A stretch of DNA of 64,000 nt, from contig NZ_JBIIQN010000010.1 in NCBI RefSeq assembly GCF_044342065.1, positions 3,764-67,763 of the forward strand, given 5' to 3'. Made by a program: the position numbers and the translations under genes. The stretch is from Aquirufa sp. (GTDB lineage Bacteria; Bacteroidota; Bacteroidia; Cytophagales; Spirosomataceae). Of the stretch, positions 1 to 8,460 are shown in pieces. The stretch's first letter is position 1. Each line of letters opens with the position of its first letter. A model generated the notes under the pieces. The model was not told the origin of the DNA, ran no database searches, and saw only the letters and a program-made list of their open reading frames with translations.

Positions 1-307
1 GTTCTGTTACATTGTTGAGTATCTTGAATTCTTCAAAGTTAAAAAGTTCTGTGTAATGAAAATTAATTAAATAGCTCTCAATTTTACCATTTGGAAGATT
101 TTTATTCATCAACCAATTAGATGAAAAATTCTCTCTTTTAATACCCAAGCGTTTCAATTCATTTGAAAATGCATTTTTGGATTGCCCAATATGTATCTTT
201 TCAATTGTTTCTAAACTTGTTAGTGGGAAATTAATTGAATTAGTTTGGCCCTTGCTATTAATATTGATAAATAAAATTGAAATAAGTGCTATAATAACAA
301 TTCTCAT
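1..307 (-). CDS. Hypothetical secreted protein, partial (runs off the window start)
   Basis: Manual translation from ATG at 307: MRIVIIALISILFININSKGQTNSINFPLTSLET..., stop-free to base 1, with an N-terminal signal-peptide-like stretch. Not in the ORF track. Confidence 0.75.
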   Translation of the reverse strand, partial: MRIVIIALISILFININSKGQTNSINFPLTSLETIEKIHIGQSKNAFSNELKRLGIKRENFSSNWLMNKNLPNGKIESYLINFHYTELFNFEEFKILNNVTE

Positions 308-332
308 AAATAGCCTAATTAAATGTTATAAT

Positions 333-1391
333 TTAATTGCATCCAAAATTTGTTTGAGCAATTACTTCGTCTTTTACTTTATTAAGTATGGCATCATTAT
401 CATTGAGATTAAAAATTATCTTATAGGTTGATGCATTACTTGAGGAGTTATAAATACTAGATGTTGCTGAACCATTTGGAGGTATGCCTTCCCAAAAATC
501 TAGTTTTTCACTTGATGTTATTTTACCCCTACTATCGTAATATTCTATTCTACAAGTAAAATCATAAGCTGTTAAAAAGATATTACTTGCATTTGAAATT
601 GTTACTTCACCGTGAGCATAACCATATTCTTTTTGTATGTTACTTGTTTTTTTTATTTTGGAATATAGGTCTTGTACTTTTAATTTAGTTTCAATCTCTA
701 AATCATTTTTTAAGTTTTTATCGGTAATTATTAATCCCATTTTAACGTCATCCTCAGTGCCAGTTAAACAACCCTTCTTTTTTCCATAGTTTAAGACATT
801 ATTATAATATGCATAATTTATACCTTTGGATGACTTAATAAAAGCGTATCCATTCTCCTTAGCGATTAATAGATAAATTGGTATGTTTGTGGAGGGGTTT
901 GGCTTATAAGAGGCAAAAATTTCAATTTCCCCCTCAGTATTTTTAGAGATGTTGTTTATTTCACAAATAGTATTGAATACGGTTCTTGAACCAATTATTC
1001 CAAATGAAGGGTAAATTTTTTCGAAATCTTCAGTGCTATTATTTTTTACAATTAACATATTAAAAAATTTCAAAGAGAGTACTTTCGCAGTTTCTTCGTC
1101 TAGAGTATTTCTCTTATAAACCCAAAAACTAATTAACATAACAGAAAGGAAGCCTACAAAAATCAATACGTACTTTAATTTGTTTATTTTAAAATTAGAC
1201 GTTGAATCTTCAGACGATCTAGGTGCTTGATTTAATTGAGAAAATTCTAATTCTTTAAATTCAGACTTTGGAAACCAATTTGATTTGTCCTCTCTCAATA
1301 TTAAAGTGTTAATTGGTAAATTCAGTTCCAATATCTCTCTTTGTGAATATGGACCTAATTTATTCAGGCCATCTAAGTAGTAATAGTTCAT
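333..1391 (-). CDS. GYF_2 (DUF4339)-like domain membrane protein
   Basis: N-terminus YYYLDGLNKLGPYS...TLILRE..SNW has the GYF_2 pattern, followed by one TM helix (YVLIFVGFLSVMLISFWVY) and a large C-terminal domain. Start placed at MNYYY (1391); the ORF track starts at 1409. Confidence 0.75.
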   Translation of the reverse strand: MNYYYLDGLNKLGPYSQREILELNLPINTLILREDKSNWFPKSEFKELEFSQLNQAPRSSEDSTSNFKINKLKYVLIFVGFLSVMLISFWVYKRNTLDEETAKVLSLKFFNMLIVKNNSTEDFEKIYPSFGIIGSRTVFNTICEINNISKNTEGEIEIFASYKPNPSTNIPIYLLIAKENGYAFIKSSKGINYAYYNNVLNYGKKKGCLTGTEDDVKMGLIITDKNLKNDLEIETKLKVQDLYSKIKKTSNIQKEYGYAHGEVTISNASNIFLTAYDFTCRIEYYDSRGKITSSEKLDFWEGIPPNGSATSSIYNSSSNASTYKIIFNLNDNDAILNKVKDEVIAQTNFGCN

Positions 1392-1640
1392 ATTTAGATA
1401 AATCAACATTGACTAATAAATAATTTAAGCTTGATATTACTTATTTATAAATAATAATGTTTTTTCTAAAGTAGTTAAATTCACTTTGCTTTTCATTTAG
1501 TTTAATTAAATCAATTTTGAAGTATGTGTTAACATCATAAATCTCAATTTTTTTGGTAGCAGTACAGCTCTCATTTTCATTTGTTTTATGACATTCATCC
1601 CATTTGATAGTTGTTCGTAATTGGTCATAATATAATTTAA

Positions 1641-2018
1641 TTATTTTTTTTCGCCAATTGCTACCATCTGATATTCACCCTGATAAGGGGTGCATAAATA
1701 TTTAATAGCAATTTCAATACTATCTGATGTAACATGGTAATGATAGGTGTTACCTTTTCTAGTCAATTCACTAACATTATATTTATCATTTATGTCCGAT
1801 TCGATAAATTGTGTTCTGTCCTCATCAAATTTTTTCAATACTGATACCGCCATTAATCTCTTCAGTCTATCTGTTTGGGATTTTCCTGTTGTATCAAATT
1901 TGAAAATTGTGTCGGTGCTGATATCATATTTTTCAAGAGCAGTATCCGTTTTGTCCTTGCATTTTGCAAATAGACTAATGATAAATGATGCCAATATCAT
2001 TTGAAGTTTTTTCCCCAT
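1641..2018 (-). CDS. Hypothetical exported protein, possibly truncated by a frameshift in an A8 tract
   Basis: 125-aa ORF with a hydrophobic N-terminus, ending GAA AAA AAA TAA. The -1 frame stays open to 1441 (see findings). Confidence 0.6.
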   Translation of the reverse strand: MGKKLQMILASFIISLFAKCKDKTDTALEKYDISTDTIFKFDTTGKSQTDRLKRLMAVSVLKKFDEDRTQFIESDINDKYNVSELTRKGNTYHYHVTSDSIEIAIKYLCTPYQGEYQMVAIGEKK

Positions 2019-2022
2019 TTAC

Positions 2023-2286
2023 CTACCTATAACTGGATGCACCACCCCCACCAAATCCACCAAGACCTATTATAAATCCTAGCCAATAAAAAAATCCCGA
2101 ATTATTCTCAGCATAAATACCAATGTCAGCACCAAATAATTTGCCAATTAATGAAAAAACAAAAATTAAACCATGCCAAATTCCTGAAAAAAATCCTGAT
2201 TCATCGCTAGAATAACCTTCTGAGGCGCATGAACTCAATAATGTGATTATTACAAACAATGAAAATGTTATTCTAAATGTTTTCAT
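2023..2286 (-). CDS. Small membrane lipoprotein, hypothetical
   Basis: Lipobox LSSC, two hydrophobic Gly-rich segments (GFFSGIWHG, YWLGFIIGLGG). Confidence 0.75.
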   Translation of the reverse strand: MKTFRITFSLFVIITLLSSCASEGYSSDESGFFSGIWHGLIFVFSLIGKLFGADIGIYAENNSGFFYWLGFIIGLGGFGGGGASSYR

Positions 2287-2344
2287 AAAAAATAGATAAG
2301 TATAATTTAATGTTTAAAATCAATTGCTGTTTTTACCATATAAA

Positions 2345-2569
2345 TTATTTTTCATTCAATAAACTCCAAATTTTCCCAATCAACCAGGTACAACCTAAAC
2401 ATAATATAACCCAAAATCCGATAGAGTTAGTTGTAGCCATAGCCTCAACTGGCGCATTTAATACTCGATCCCAAACTTCATAGGTGTAAATTGAATTAAA
2501 TATAAATGTTCCGATAATTATGCCAATTATTAAAATAATACATCCGGAATTTTCTCCTTCCTTCGACAT
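2345..2569 (-). CDS. Small two-TM membrane protein
   Basis: 74 aa, two hydrophobic helices, same strand as neighbours. Confidence 0.6.
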   Translation of the reverse strand: MSKEGENSGCIILIIGIIIGTFIFNSIYTYEVWDRVLNAPVEAMATTNSIGFWVILCLGCTWLIGKIWSLLNEK

Positions 2570-2598
2570 TTTAAATCATTATTTGTTTGAAAATTTAA

Positions 2599-2937
2599 TT
2601 ACCACGGCTGCTTCGGCACATAAGTCTTATTCCCACTCCCATTAATGTAATACTGTCCTCCTTTAGGTCCCGTGTAGATTGTTTGACCTTGTCCGTAGCT
2701 TGATGCCCCAGTAGAATAATCTTGAGGTTTTGTGCCAATACTCCCGGTGTACGGATTGGTATTCCCATAGGTTGAGTAATTGTCAATGTTGGTATTGTTT
2801 GGTAGGGTGCGATTGTAGCCTTCAACGTAGGTACCTGTACTGGGTTTGATATAGCCTGGAACGTATTGATTTCTTGTTTGGGAAAATCCTGTAAAACCAA
2901 TTAGGCAAATGGCGATTGTAAGAAGTGTTTTTTTCAT
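2599..2937 (-). CDS. Small secreted Gly/Thr/Asn/Tyr-rich protein
   Basis: Signal peptide MKKTLLTIAICLIGFTGFSQ; motifs GYIK..GTYVEGY.RT.PN....DNYST.GN.NPYTG and YTGPKGGQYYIN..GNKTYV, resembling a widespread hypothetical family. Confidence 0.8.
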   Translation of the reverse strand: MKKTLLTIAICLIGFTGFSQTRNQYVPGYIKPSTGTYVEGYNRTLPNNTNIDNYSTYGNTNPYTGSIGTKPQDYSTGASSYGQGQTIYTGPKGGQYYINGSGNKTYVPKQPW

Positions 2938-2990
2938 TTTAGTAAATTTGATTCCAAGTTATTGGATATTGTGAATGGAAAATAAAAAAT

Positions 2991-3002
2991 TTATTTAACG
3001 GT
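2991..3002 (-). promoter_or_regulatory. Recurrent upstream motif ACCGTTAAATAA, copy 1
   Basis: 65 nt upstream of the ATG at 2937; TAACTTGG begins 41 nt after the motif start. Confidence 0.6.
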
Positions 3003-3064
3003 ATTAATTTTTGGTGGTTGTTCATTTCTTGGGCAAATATCGACACTATTGGTACTGATTTTGA

Positions 3065-3101
3065 AAAGCTACAAGCTTGTAATACCCAAACTTGTAGCTT
3101 T
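3065..3101 (-). terminator. Stem-loop downstream of the vWA gene (terminator or REP-like)
   Basis: aaagctacaag(3065-3075)...cttgtagcttt(3091-3101), extendable to 15 bp with one mismatch. Confidence 0.55.
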
Positions 3102-3109
3102 CAGATCAA

Positions 3110-3724
3110 TTAAAACCTCCTCAAATCCTCCCCCTTACCCTTCCGCTCCAGGTAATCAACCATCGAATTTGCCACCCGGTTAAAGACCGCGTCTTGCATG
3201 TCTTCTTTGGAGAAGGCGGCGCTATTTTCCTGGCGGATGTTCATCTTTTCGGCCATGTCGACGGCGTCGAGTGTGGCTCCTAGGAAGCTAAATGAATACT
3301 TGCCGCTGGCTTCTTTGGTCTTGATTAATTCTTGAATTTGGGCCAATGAAAAGAATCTGGAGACGTTCTCATAGCCATCGGTGAGGATGACGATGATGGC
3401 GGTGTCTCCCTCGTTTTCGAGTAATTGGTCCACCCGATTAATGCTGAGGCCGATGCCGTCCAATAAGGCCGTACCTCCGCTTGGTTGGTAATTAATTTGG
3501 TTGACGCTCGGGAGTTGGTCGACCGGTAAATTAGCAAAGCGAATATCTACCTCATTGCTAAATACGGTTAAACCTACGCGGATATCCTGGTCGGGGAATT
3601 CCTGTGCAATGGCTTTGATTTTTTTGTTTTGGGATTCAAGGCCGCTTAAGGTCGCGTCCACACAATCACACATCGATCCGCTTTGGTCTAATACGAAATG
3701 GTAAATGGTTTTTTGCTTGTTCAT
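3110..3724 (-). CDS. Stand-alone vWA domain protein
   Basis: MIDAS motif LDQSGSM, GGTALLDG, ILTDGYEN. Confidence 0.9.
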   Translation of the reverse strand: MNKQKTIYHFVLDQSGSMCDCVDATLSGLESQNKKIKAIAQEFPDQDIRVGLTVFSNEVDIRFANLPVDQLPSVNQINYQPSGGTALLDGIGLSINRVDQLLENEGDTAIIVILTDGYENVSRFFSLAQIQELIKTKEASGKYSFSFLGATLDAVDMAEKMNIRQENSAAFSKEDMQDAVFNRVANSMVDYLERKGKGEDLRRF

Positions 3725-3853
3725 GGTAGTAAATTTTGATTGTTAAATTTTCTTTATACCCATTAATACCCAAATCGGGAAAACGTCACCCCCTTTTTTA
3801 AAATTTTTTATTCCCGTGATTTTACCTAATTTCCGACCAACAATTTTTAAGCT

Positions 3854-4426
3854 TTGGCCAAATCCTACGACCAGTCGAATCAGTATTACCTCGGCCTTTT
3901 TCGAGCCAATCGAAGGCGTGGCATCGATGTGATTTATTTGGATCATAAACAGTATTTTATCCAATACCTAGCGCAGTTTTATCCCATTTATTCGGATTTG
4001 GATATGATTTATACGGATGCGGTGTTAGTCCTGATTGAAAATTTAGGTCGTTCCTCGTTCCAATTGACCTGTACCATACAGACGTATTTGAATGCGATAG
4101 GAAAGAACCAATTGTTCAAGAAGATTAATCGAGAACCTGAAGTTTCCACCTTACCAGAGGGATTTGATTGCGGTGATTGGTTGGAGGATATCGAACTCGA
4201 TGGAATTTCCCCAGCAGAGTATGCAATTTTCAAAAAGGTCTTCAAACAAATGGCGGAGGCGCGTTCGAAATGTTACCAAATATTCCAGCGGGTTTATTAC
4301 CAGGGTCAAGCGATGAAGGAAATTGCGCTGGAATTGGGCTATAGTTCTGAGGCGAATGCACGCCAACAAAAGTATAAGTGCCTCTTGCGTTTAAAGGAGA
4401 ATATAGATAAACAGTTAAAGAAATGA
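3854..4426 (+). CDS. ECF-type sigma-70 factor
   Basis: Region 2-like DMIYTDAVLVL...TYLNAIGKNQ and region 4-like CYQIF...YYQGQAMKEIALELGYSSEANARQQKYKCLLRLK; TTG start. Confidence 0.85.
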   Translation: MAKSYDQSNQYYLGLFRANRRRGIDVIYLDHKQYFIQYLAQFYPIYSDLDMIYTDAVLVLIENLGRSSFQLTCTIQTYLNAIGKNQLFKKINREPEVSTLPEGFDCGDWLEDIELDGISPAEYAIFKKVFKQMAEARSKCYQIFQRVYYQGQAMKEIALELGYSSEANARQQKYKCLLRLKENIDKQLKK

Positions 4427-4962
4427 TGCGCCCCATAGATGAATTAATGGCTTTTTATGCGTTTAGGCAAGTAAAAACACGTCGAATTCGCCGCCCTCGT
4501 TTATCAGCGGAGGCGCAAGCGTTAGCTGCAGAATTTGAGGCATTGATTACTGAATCCACCACGCTTGCTACGTTGGTATTGTATTTTAAGTCCCGTTTTG
4601 ATGAATCGGATGTAGCCAAATTGTATGAGCTTTATCTGCAATCGACTTTTGAAATTTTAGAAAATGCGAGCTTGGTTGATATGGATGTCGATCTTGCGTT
4701 TGAACAAAAAGTAAGCCAGTTCACTCGCTTGCAGGAAAGGGAGCAAATGAGGAAGCGCTTTAATCAGCTGGAGGAGGAAGTATTGATGTCCTCGAATGAT
4801 GCGAGAGAGCCTGAATTTCAAGAAAATCGCTTACATGAAGAGCTCATGCCAACTGAAAATAAATCGGATGGTGGTTGTTTGTGGCAAATTGTGTTGACGA
4901 TTATTTCACTCAGCATCGTTTCCTTGCTAATTCGTTTCCTTTGGTTATTCTTCAAAGCTTGA
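4423..4962 (+). CDS. Putative membrane-anchored anti-sigma factor
   Basis: Overlaps the sigma stop (ATGA); helical cytoplasmic body with a single C-terminal TM helix. Confidence 0.5.
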   Translation: MMRPIDELMAFYAFRQVKTRRIRRPRLSAEAQALAAEFEALITESTTLATLVLYFKSRFDESDVAKLYELYLQSTFEILENASLVDMDVDLAFEQKVSQFTRLQEREQMRKRFNQLEEEVLMSSNDAREPEFQENRLHEELMPTENKSDGGCLWQIVLTIISLSIVSLLIRFLWLFFKA

Positions 4963-5036
4963 TTTAACAGCTAAGTAAGTAAGTAAGTGTAACATCGGAT
5001 TAAGTGCTACATATCATCCAGTTTGCTTTGGCCTAT

Positions 5037-5048
5037 ACCGTTAAATAA
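5037..5048 (+). promoter_or_regulatory. Recurrent upstream motif ACCGTTAAATAA, copy 2
   Basis: 78 nt upstream of the ATG at 5115; 16-bp identity (inverted) with copy 1. Confidence 0.6.
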
Positions 5049-5114
5049 ATAGGGCCTCAGTTGATTTGCAGATAAAATTTATTTCAATACTTTTATTTTT
5101 ATACCTATTAACCG

Positions 5115-5597
5115 ATGAAGTCAACCATTCTTTTTTTTGTTCTTTTTGCCATATCATTTATTAGTTTTTCCCAAACGACTCCATTCAAAAAATATACTCC
5201 TTGTGCGTTTGCCATAGAACTGCCTATAGATATGCAAATGTCAAAAATGTATAGTGATGCGAGTGCGGATTATTGCGATTTTCAAGTAAAAATGCGCGAT
5301 GGATATCCAATCATGGAATTGCATGCTTTATTGAGTTCAAGATTTGAATTTGGTACCATTAAGGAAGCATATAAAGCAGCTTTGGCATCTTCAGAATTGA
5401 ATATTACCTATAAGGCACAAATAGGCAATTTCTTTGTTATTTCTGGGTATAACCCCCAAAATGGCAATATCGTTTATTGGAAAAGGGTAATGGGGCGCTC
5501 TTATGTAAGTGATATGCAGATCGAGTACAATCGATCAAGAAAGGATTTAATAGAAAGAAATTTGGGAAGAATTGCCAAATCATTTCAAAGTAAATAA
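5115..5597 (+). CDS. Hypothetical secreted protein (possibly PsbP/DcrB-like fold)
   Basis: Signal peptide; FAIELP near the N-terminus and a strand-rich C-half. The fold is a guess. Confidence 0.65.
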   Translation: MKSTILFFVLFAISFISFSQTTPFKKYTPCAFAIELPIDMQMSKMYSDASADYCDFQVKMRDGYPIMELHALLSSRFEFGTIKEAYKAALASSELNITYKAQIGNFFVISGYNPQNGNIVYWKRVMGRSYVSDMQIEYNRSRKDLIERNLGRIAKSFQSK

Positions 5598-5686
5598 TAG
5601 CTACGGTGATAGCCGAAAAGCACCTAAAAATCGGGGCGAATTCTGAAAAGCCAAATGAGTAGGATGAATAAAAAATACAAGACATT

Positions 5687-6334
5687 ATGAAAGGCTTATT
5701 GATTGTTTTGACTGTTTTCATGCTAGGCAATGTTGCTTATGCGCAGAAAAGAATTGGTTTTAAAAATAAGATGATTAAAGAGTTGAATTTAAATATTGGC
5801 AATATGAATTTTGTTGAGGAATTCAAGCCAGATTTTCCCTCAATTTGGACCGATTTTAATCCTGAAAGCGAGGAATTTAAATTCACAGGTTATTATACAT
5901 TAGACCCCAAAACATTCGGAAGTGAGAATCAAGTTTTAAATGGAGAAGTAAAGTTAATTCGATTTCAAATGCAGGTCGATGAAGAAGCAACACTGCACAT
6001 GAAAGAAGAATTAACCTTTAATTATAGAAATGGCGAGATGAATGGTCCCATTTTCTATTCTAGGTATTTTGCAGAAAATAAAGGAGAATCTGAAGAATCA
6101 CAATTAGTTAACGCAAAATGGAAAAAAGACATAGGTTTGTCAGCTTCCTTTAATTATGATGAAGGTATTTATAAAAATATAAACTATTTAGAAACACGGG
6201 AGTTTGACCGTACCAAATTCATCATTACACAAGGTGAAGGGTACTACATTTCTTTAGAATATTTTAGTACTGTTATAGGTATAAATACAGCTAGTCCAAA
6301 TGAAAAGCCTGTCTTTCGGAAGTTAAAGTATTAA
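5687..6334 (+). CDS. Hypothetical secreted protein
   Basis: Signal peptide ending AYAQ; 215 aa. Confidence 0.7.
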   Translation: MKGLLIVLTVFMLGNVAYAQKRIGFKNKMIKELNLNIGNMNFVEEFKPDFPSIWTDFNPESEEFKFTGYYTLDPKTFGSENQVLNGEVKLIRFQMQVDEEATLHMKEELTFNYRNGEMNGPIFYSRYFAENKGESEESQLVNAKWKKDIGLSASFNYDEGIYKNINYLETREFDRTKFIITQGEGYYISLEYFSTVIGINTASPNEKPVFRKLKY

Positions 6335-6429
6335 TCCACTTCCAGTGTATAGACCATTTTTGAAGCTTAACGCCGAGTAGATGATGGAATACACTAATGT
6401 CAACCCTTTAAAGAACAATCGATAAACGT

Positions 6430-6702
6430 ATGAAATATATACTAGTACTAATCGTATCATTAGGCCCCTTAGTTCGAAAATGTGCTCAAGAAGGATCGGA
6501 GTTAGCAGCACAAAGAGCAGGCAGTAAGATATCTCAGCAAGGCTCAAAAGCGGCTATTCGTAATTCAGATGATATAATCGCACGGGTTGCAGCAAGGTCT
6601 ACCATTCTGGTGAATCGAGAACTGCATAAAAAGAATCAATATGTGACTTATGTTGATAGCACTAAGACGTTTATTGTCGATAATGTAAATACGAGCAAAT
6701 GA
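6430..6702 (+). CDS. Small hypothetical protein
   Basis: 90 aa; overlaps the next start (ATGA). Confidence 0.55.
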   Translation: MKYILVLIVSLGPLVRKCAQEGSELAAQRAGSKISQQGSKAAIRNSDDIIARVAARSTILVNRELHKKNQYVTYVDSTKTFIVDNVNTSK

Positions 6703-7364
6703 AATCAATAAGTAAACTATCGTTTATACTCATGATCTCTATGTTGATTTGGGGATGTGAAGATAAGTCAACTGCAGATGTGAATTCGCCCGATGTTAAA
6801 GTTAGCCGAGATGTAGAGTCGGTTAGGATTTTCAGATTTGACTCAGGCAGGTATCTCTTGGCTTCGAATTATAATAAAAGAAAAGGTAGCTTTTATTCCG
6901 CTTTTTCTGATGAAACATCTTCAACCAATAGTTCAGATTCAACGAATCTCCCCGACGTTAACATAGGTGAATATGACTATATCAACATCAAATTTTTGGA
7001 TAAGGGCAAAGTTGATTTGATTAGGAAGTACTATACCATTTCAAAAGATACCACGTTTAACATCAAGTTAAACTGGGTAACTCATTGTGAGATACTAGCG
7101 GGATCAAAAGCTCTTTTTGAGCAGGGAGGTGATATAAAGTTAAAATCGCTCAACACAGAAGAATATGATTCCAGTTATTCTATTTTGAATAAAGTGATGT
7201 ATTCCAAGAAGCTCAATTTTAATCCTGAAAAGTCTAAATCTGTATATAAAACAAATGGTTTGGAAATTACGTGTAACAAGCAAACCATTACTTGGAAATC
7301 GAAATCAACGTGGACAGCGGAATTTTTTTATGATCCTGAATTAAGGGAAAAATATAGGGAATAA
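6699..7364 (+). CDS. Hypothetical lipoprotein
   Basis: Lipobox IWGC followed by an acidic EDKS. Confidence 0.75.
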   Translation: MKSISKLSFILMISMLIWGCEDKSTADVNSPDVKVSRDVESVRIFRFDSGRYLLASNYNKRKGSFYSAFSDETSSTNSSDSTNLPDVNIGEYDYINIKFLDKGKVDLIRKYYTISKDTTFNIKLNWVTHCEILAGSKALFEQGGDIKLKSLNTEEYDSSYSILNKVMYSKKLNFNPEKSKSVYKTNGLEITCNKQTITWKSKSTWTAEFFYDPELREKYRE

Positions 7365-7373
7365 TTTCTTAGG

Positions 7374-7994
7374 TTAAATGGAGCCAATTTCCGCGCTTAT
7401 TAACCCACCTAATTTAATTTTACATGCTGGGCAAAAGTCTTTCAATAGATTTAGGTGGTCTTTCCCTTTAGCATCTCTCATGTAGCAGCCTTCATTGGGA
7501 CAGTGATTTAAACCTTGTGTGTGACCGATTTCGTGTAGCGTTAATTTGTAGAGCTTTTCTAATTTATTTTTTCCTTTTATCCGAAACGTGGAAACAATGC
7601 AGGATTGTTTTTCCTTCCTCCCTAATCCAAATATTCCCCAGTATTTGCCTTTCCCATTCAACGTAGCACATATGTCCTTTGTGGTAAATCCGACAGTCAC
7701 ATAACCGGGTTTTGTTCCCCGGCTCAAATAATTAATGAGGCTATCCGCTACGTAGCGATTATATGTTTTTATAAACCCACTTTTAGGAATTTCAATGGGT
7801 TTATTGATTTGTATTTTTGGAAATGATTTACGCAATTTTTTCTCAACATAGGTTAATGATTTCACAGGAAATCCTGTAAAAGGCTGCAAAATTACGGTGG
7901 GCGGTGCCTGTAGCGTATCACTAGTTCCAAATGGATAGCACGAGATGGTCAATAAGCCAATGAATACATATAGTGCTATTCGTAATCTGCTCAT
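7374..7994 (-). CDS. Archaemetzincin-like (peptidase M54) Zn metalloprotease lipoprotein
   Basis: HEIGHTQGLNHCPNEGCYM...FCPAC matches HExxHxxGxxHCx4CxM...CxxC; lipobox TISC. Confidence 0.9.
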   Translation of the reverse strand: MSRLRIALYVFIGLLTISCYPFGTSDTLQAPPTVILQPFTGFPVKSLTYVEKKLRKSFPKIQINKPIEIPKSGFIKTYNRYVADSLINYLSRGTKPGYVTVGFTTKDICATLNGKGKYWGIFGLGRKEKQSCIVSTFRIKGKNKLEKLYKLTLHEIGHTQGLNHCPNEGCYMRDAKGKDHLNLLKDFCPACKIKLGGLISAEIGSI

Positions 7995-8005
7995 GCGATT
8001 TAAGC

Positions 8006-8383
8006 CTAATTTCTACTGAAGCGAGAATCTCCAAAGCCCAAAATAGGCAAAAAGATGAATGGTAGAAATACGATTCCAACGGTAAAGGCCTCTGTTTTTC
8101 CAAATTTTTTGACCATCAAATTCGTTCCCCAGATTGAAAAGACTAAGCCAACGTAAGGAATACAGGCAAGAAGTCCCCACCACCAGGGCTTATCCGCAAT
8201 TTTCATAATAATTATCAGATGGTAAACGGGAATAATGGCTGCCCAACCTGGCTCTCCCGCTTTTTCAAAAATTTTCCAAAGCGAAATGATCGGGAGAAAC
8301 AAGAAAGGAATTAGCACAATTAGTAAAAGAATAATCTCACCAAAGCCAATACTGTTCATAAATAACAGATTTAATAGTTGCAT
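8006..8383 (-). CDS. DUF5684-like membrane protein
   Basis: LWKIFEKAGEPGWAAIIPVY...PWWW...KKFGK..F.VG..FLPFIFLPILGFG. Confidence 0.85.
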   Translation of the reverse strand: MQLLNLLFMNSIGFGEIILLLIVLIPFLFLPIISLWKIFEKAGEPGWAAIIPVYHLIIIMKIADKPWWWGLLACIPYVGLVFSIWGTNLMVKKFGKTEAFTVGIVFLPFIFLPILGFGDSRFSRN

Positions 8384-8448
8384 AATTTTTAGATTTAGGT
8401 TAATAGAGTAGGTAATATATTAGTTAAATAGGTAAACAAGCGAAATAA

Positions 8449-8460
8449 TTATTAAACGGT
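8449..8460 (-). promoter_or_regulatory. Recurrent upstream motif ACCGTTTAATAA, copy 3
   Basis: 77 nt upstream of the ATG at 8383; directly after the stop codon of the 329-aa gene. Confidence 0.6.

Noticed and set aside
177-431. 84-aa plus-strand ORF and the many other 60-155-aa antisense ORFs overlapping confident genes
   Set aside because: They lie opposite well-supported CDSs and lack motifs or signal features.
3080-3774. 11-bp direct repeat TAATACCCAAA on both sides of the vWA gene (3080-3090 and 3764-3774)
   Set aside because: Short and AT-rich; chance occurrence at this distance is plausible and nothing else supports an insertion.
4972-4987. (TAAG)4 microsatellite, with AAGTAAGTAAG also upstream of the FHA operon
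   Set aside because: Too short, and its spacing to the 12-bp motif differs between the two sites.
2989-5050. Perfect 16-bp inverted repeat (ATTTATTTAACGGTAT / ATACCGTTAAATAAAT) flanking vWA-sigma-anti-sigma, read as transposon ends or an invertible segment
   Set aside because: No transposase or recombinase nearby and no target duplication seen. The same core recurs at five other promoters, so a regulatory motif explains it better. Inversion is not formally excluded.
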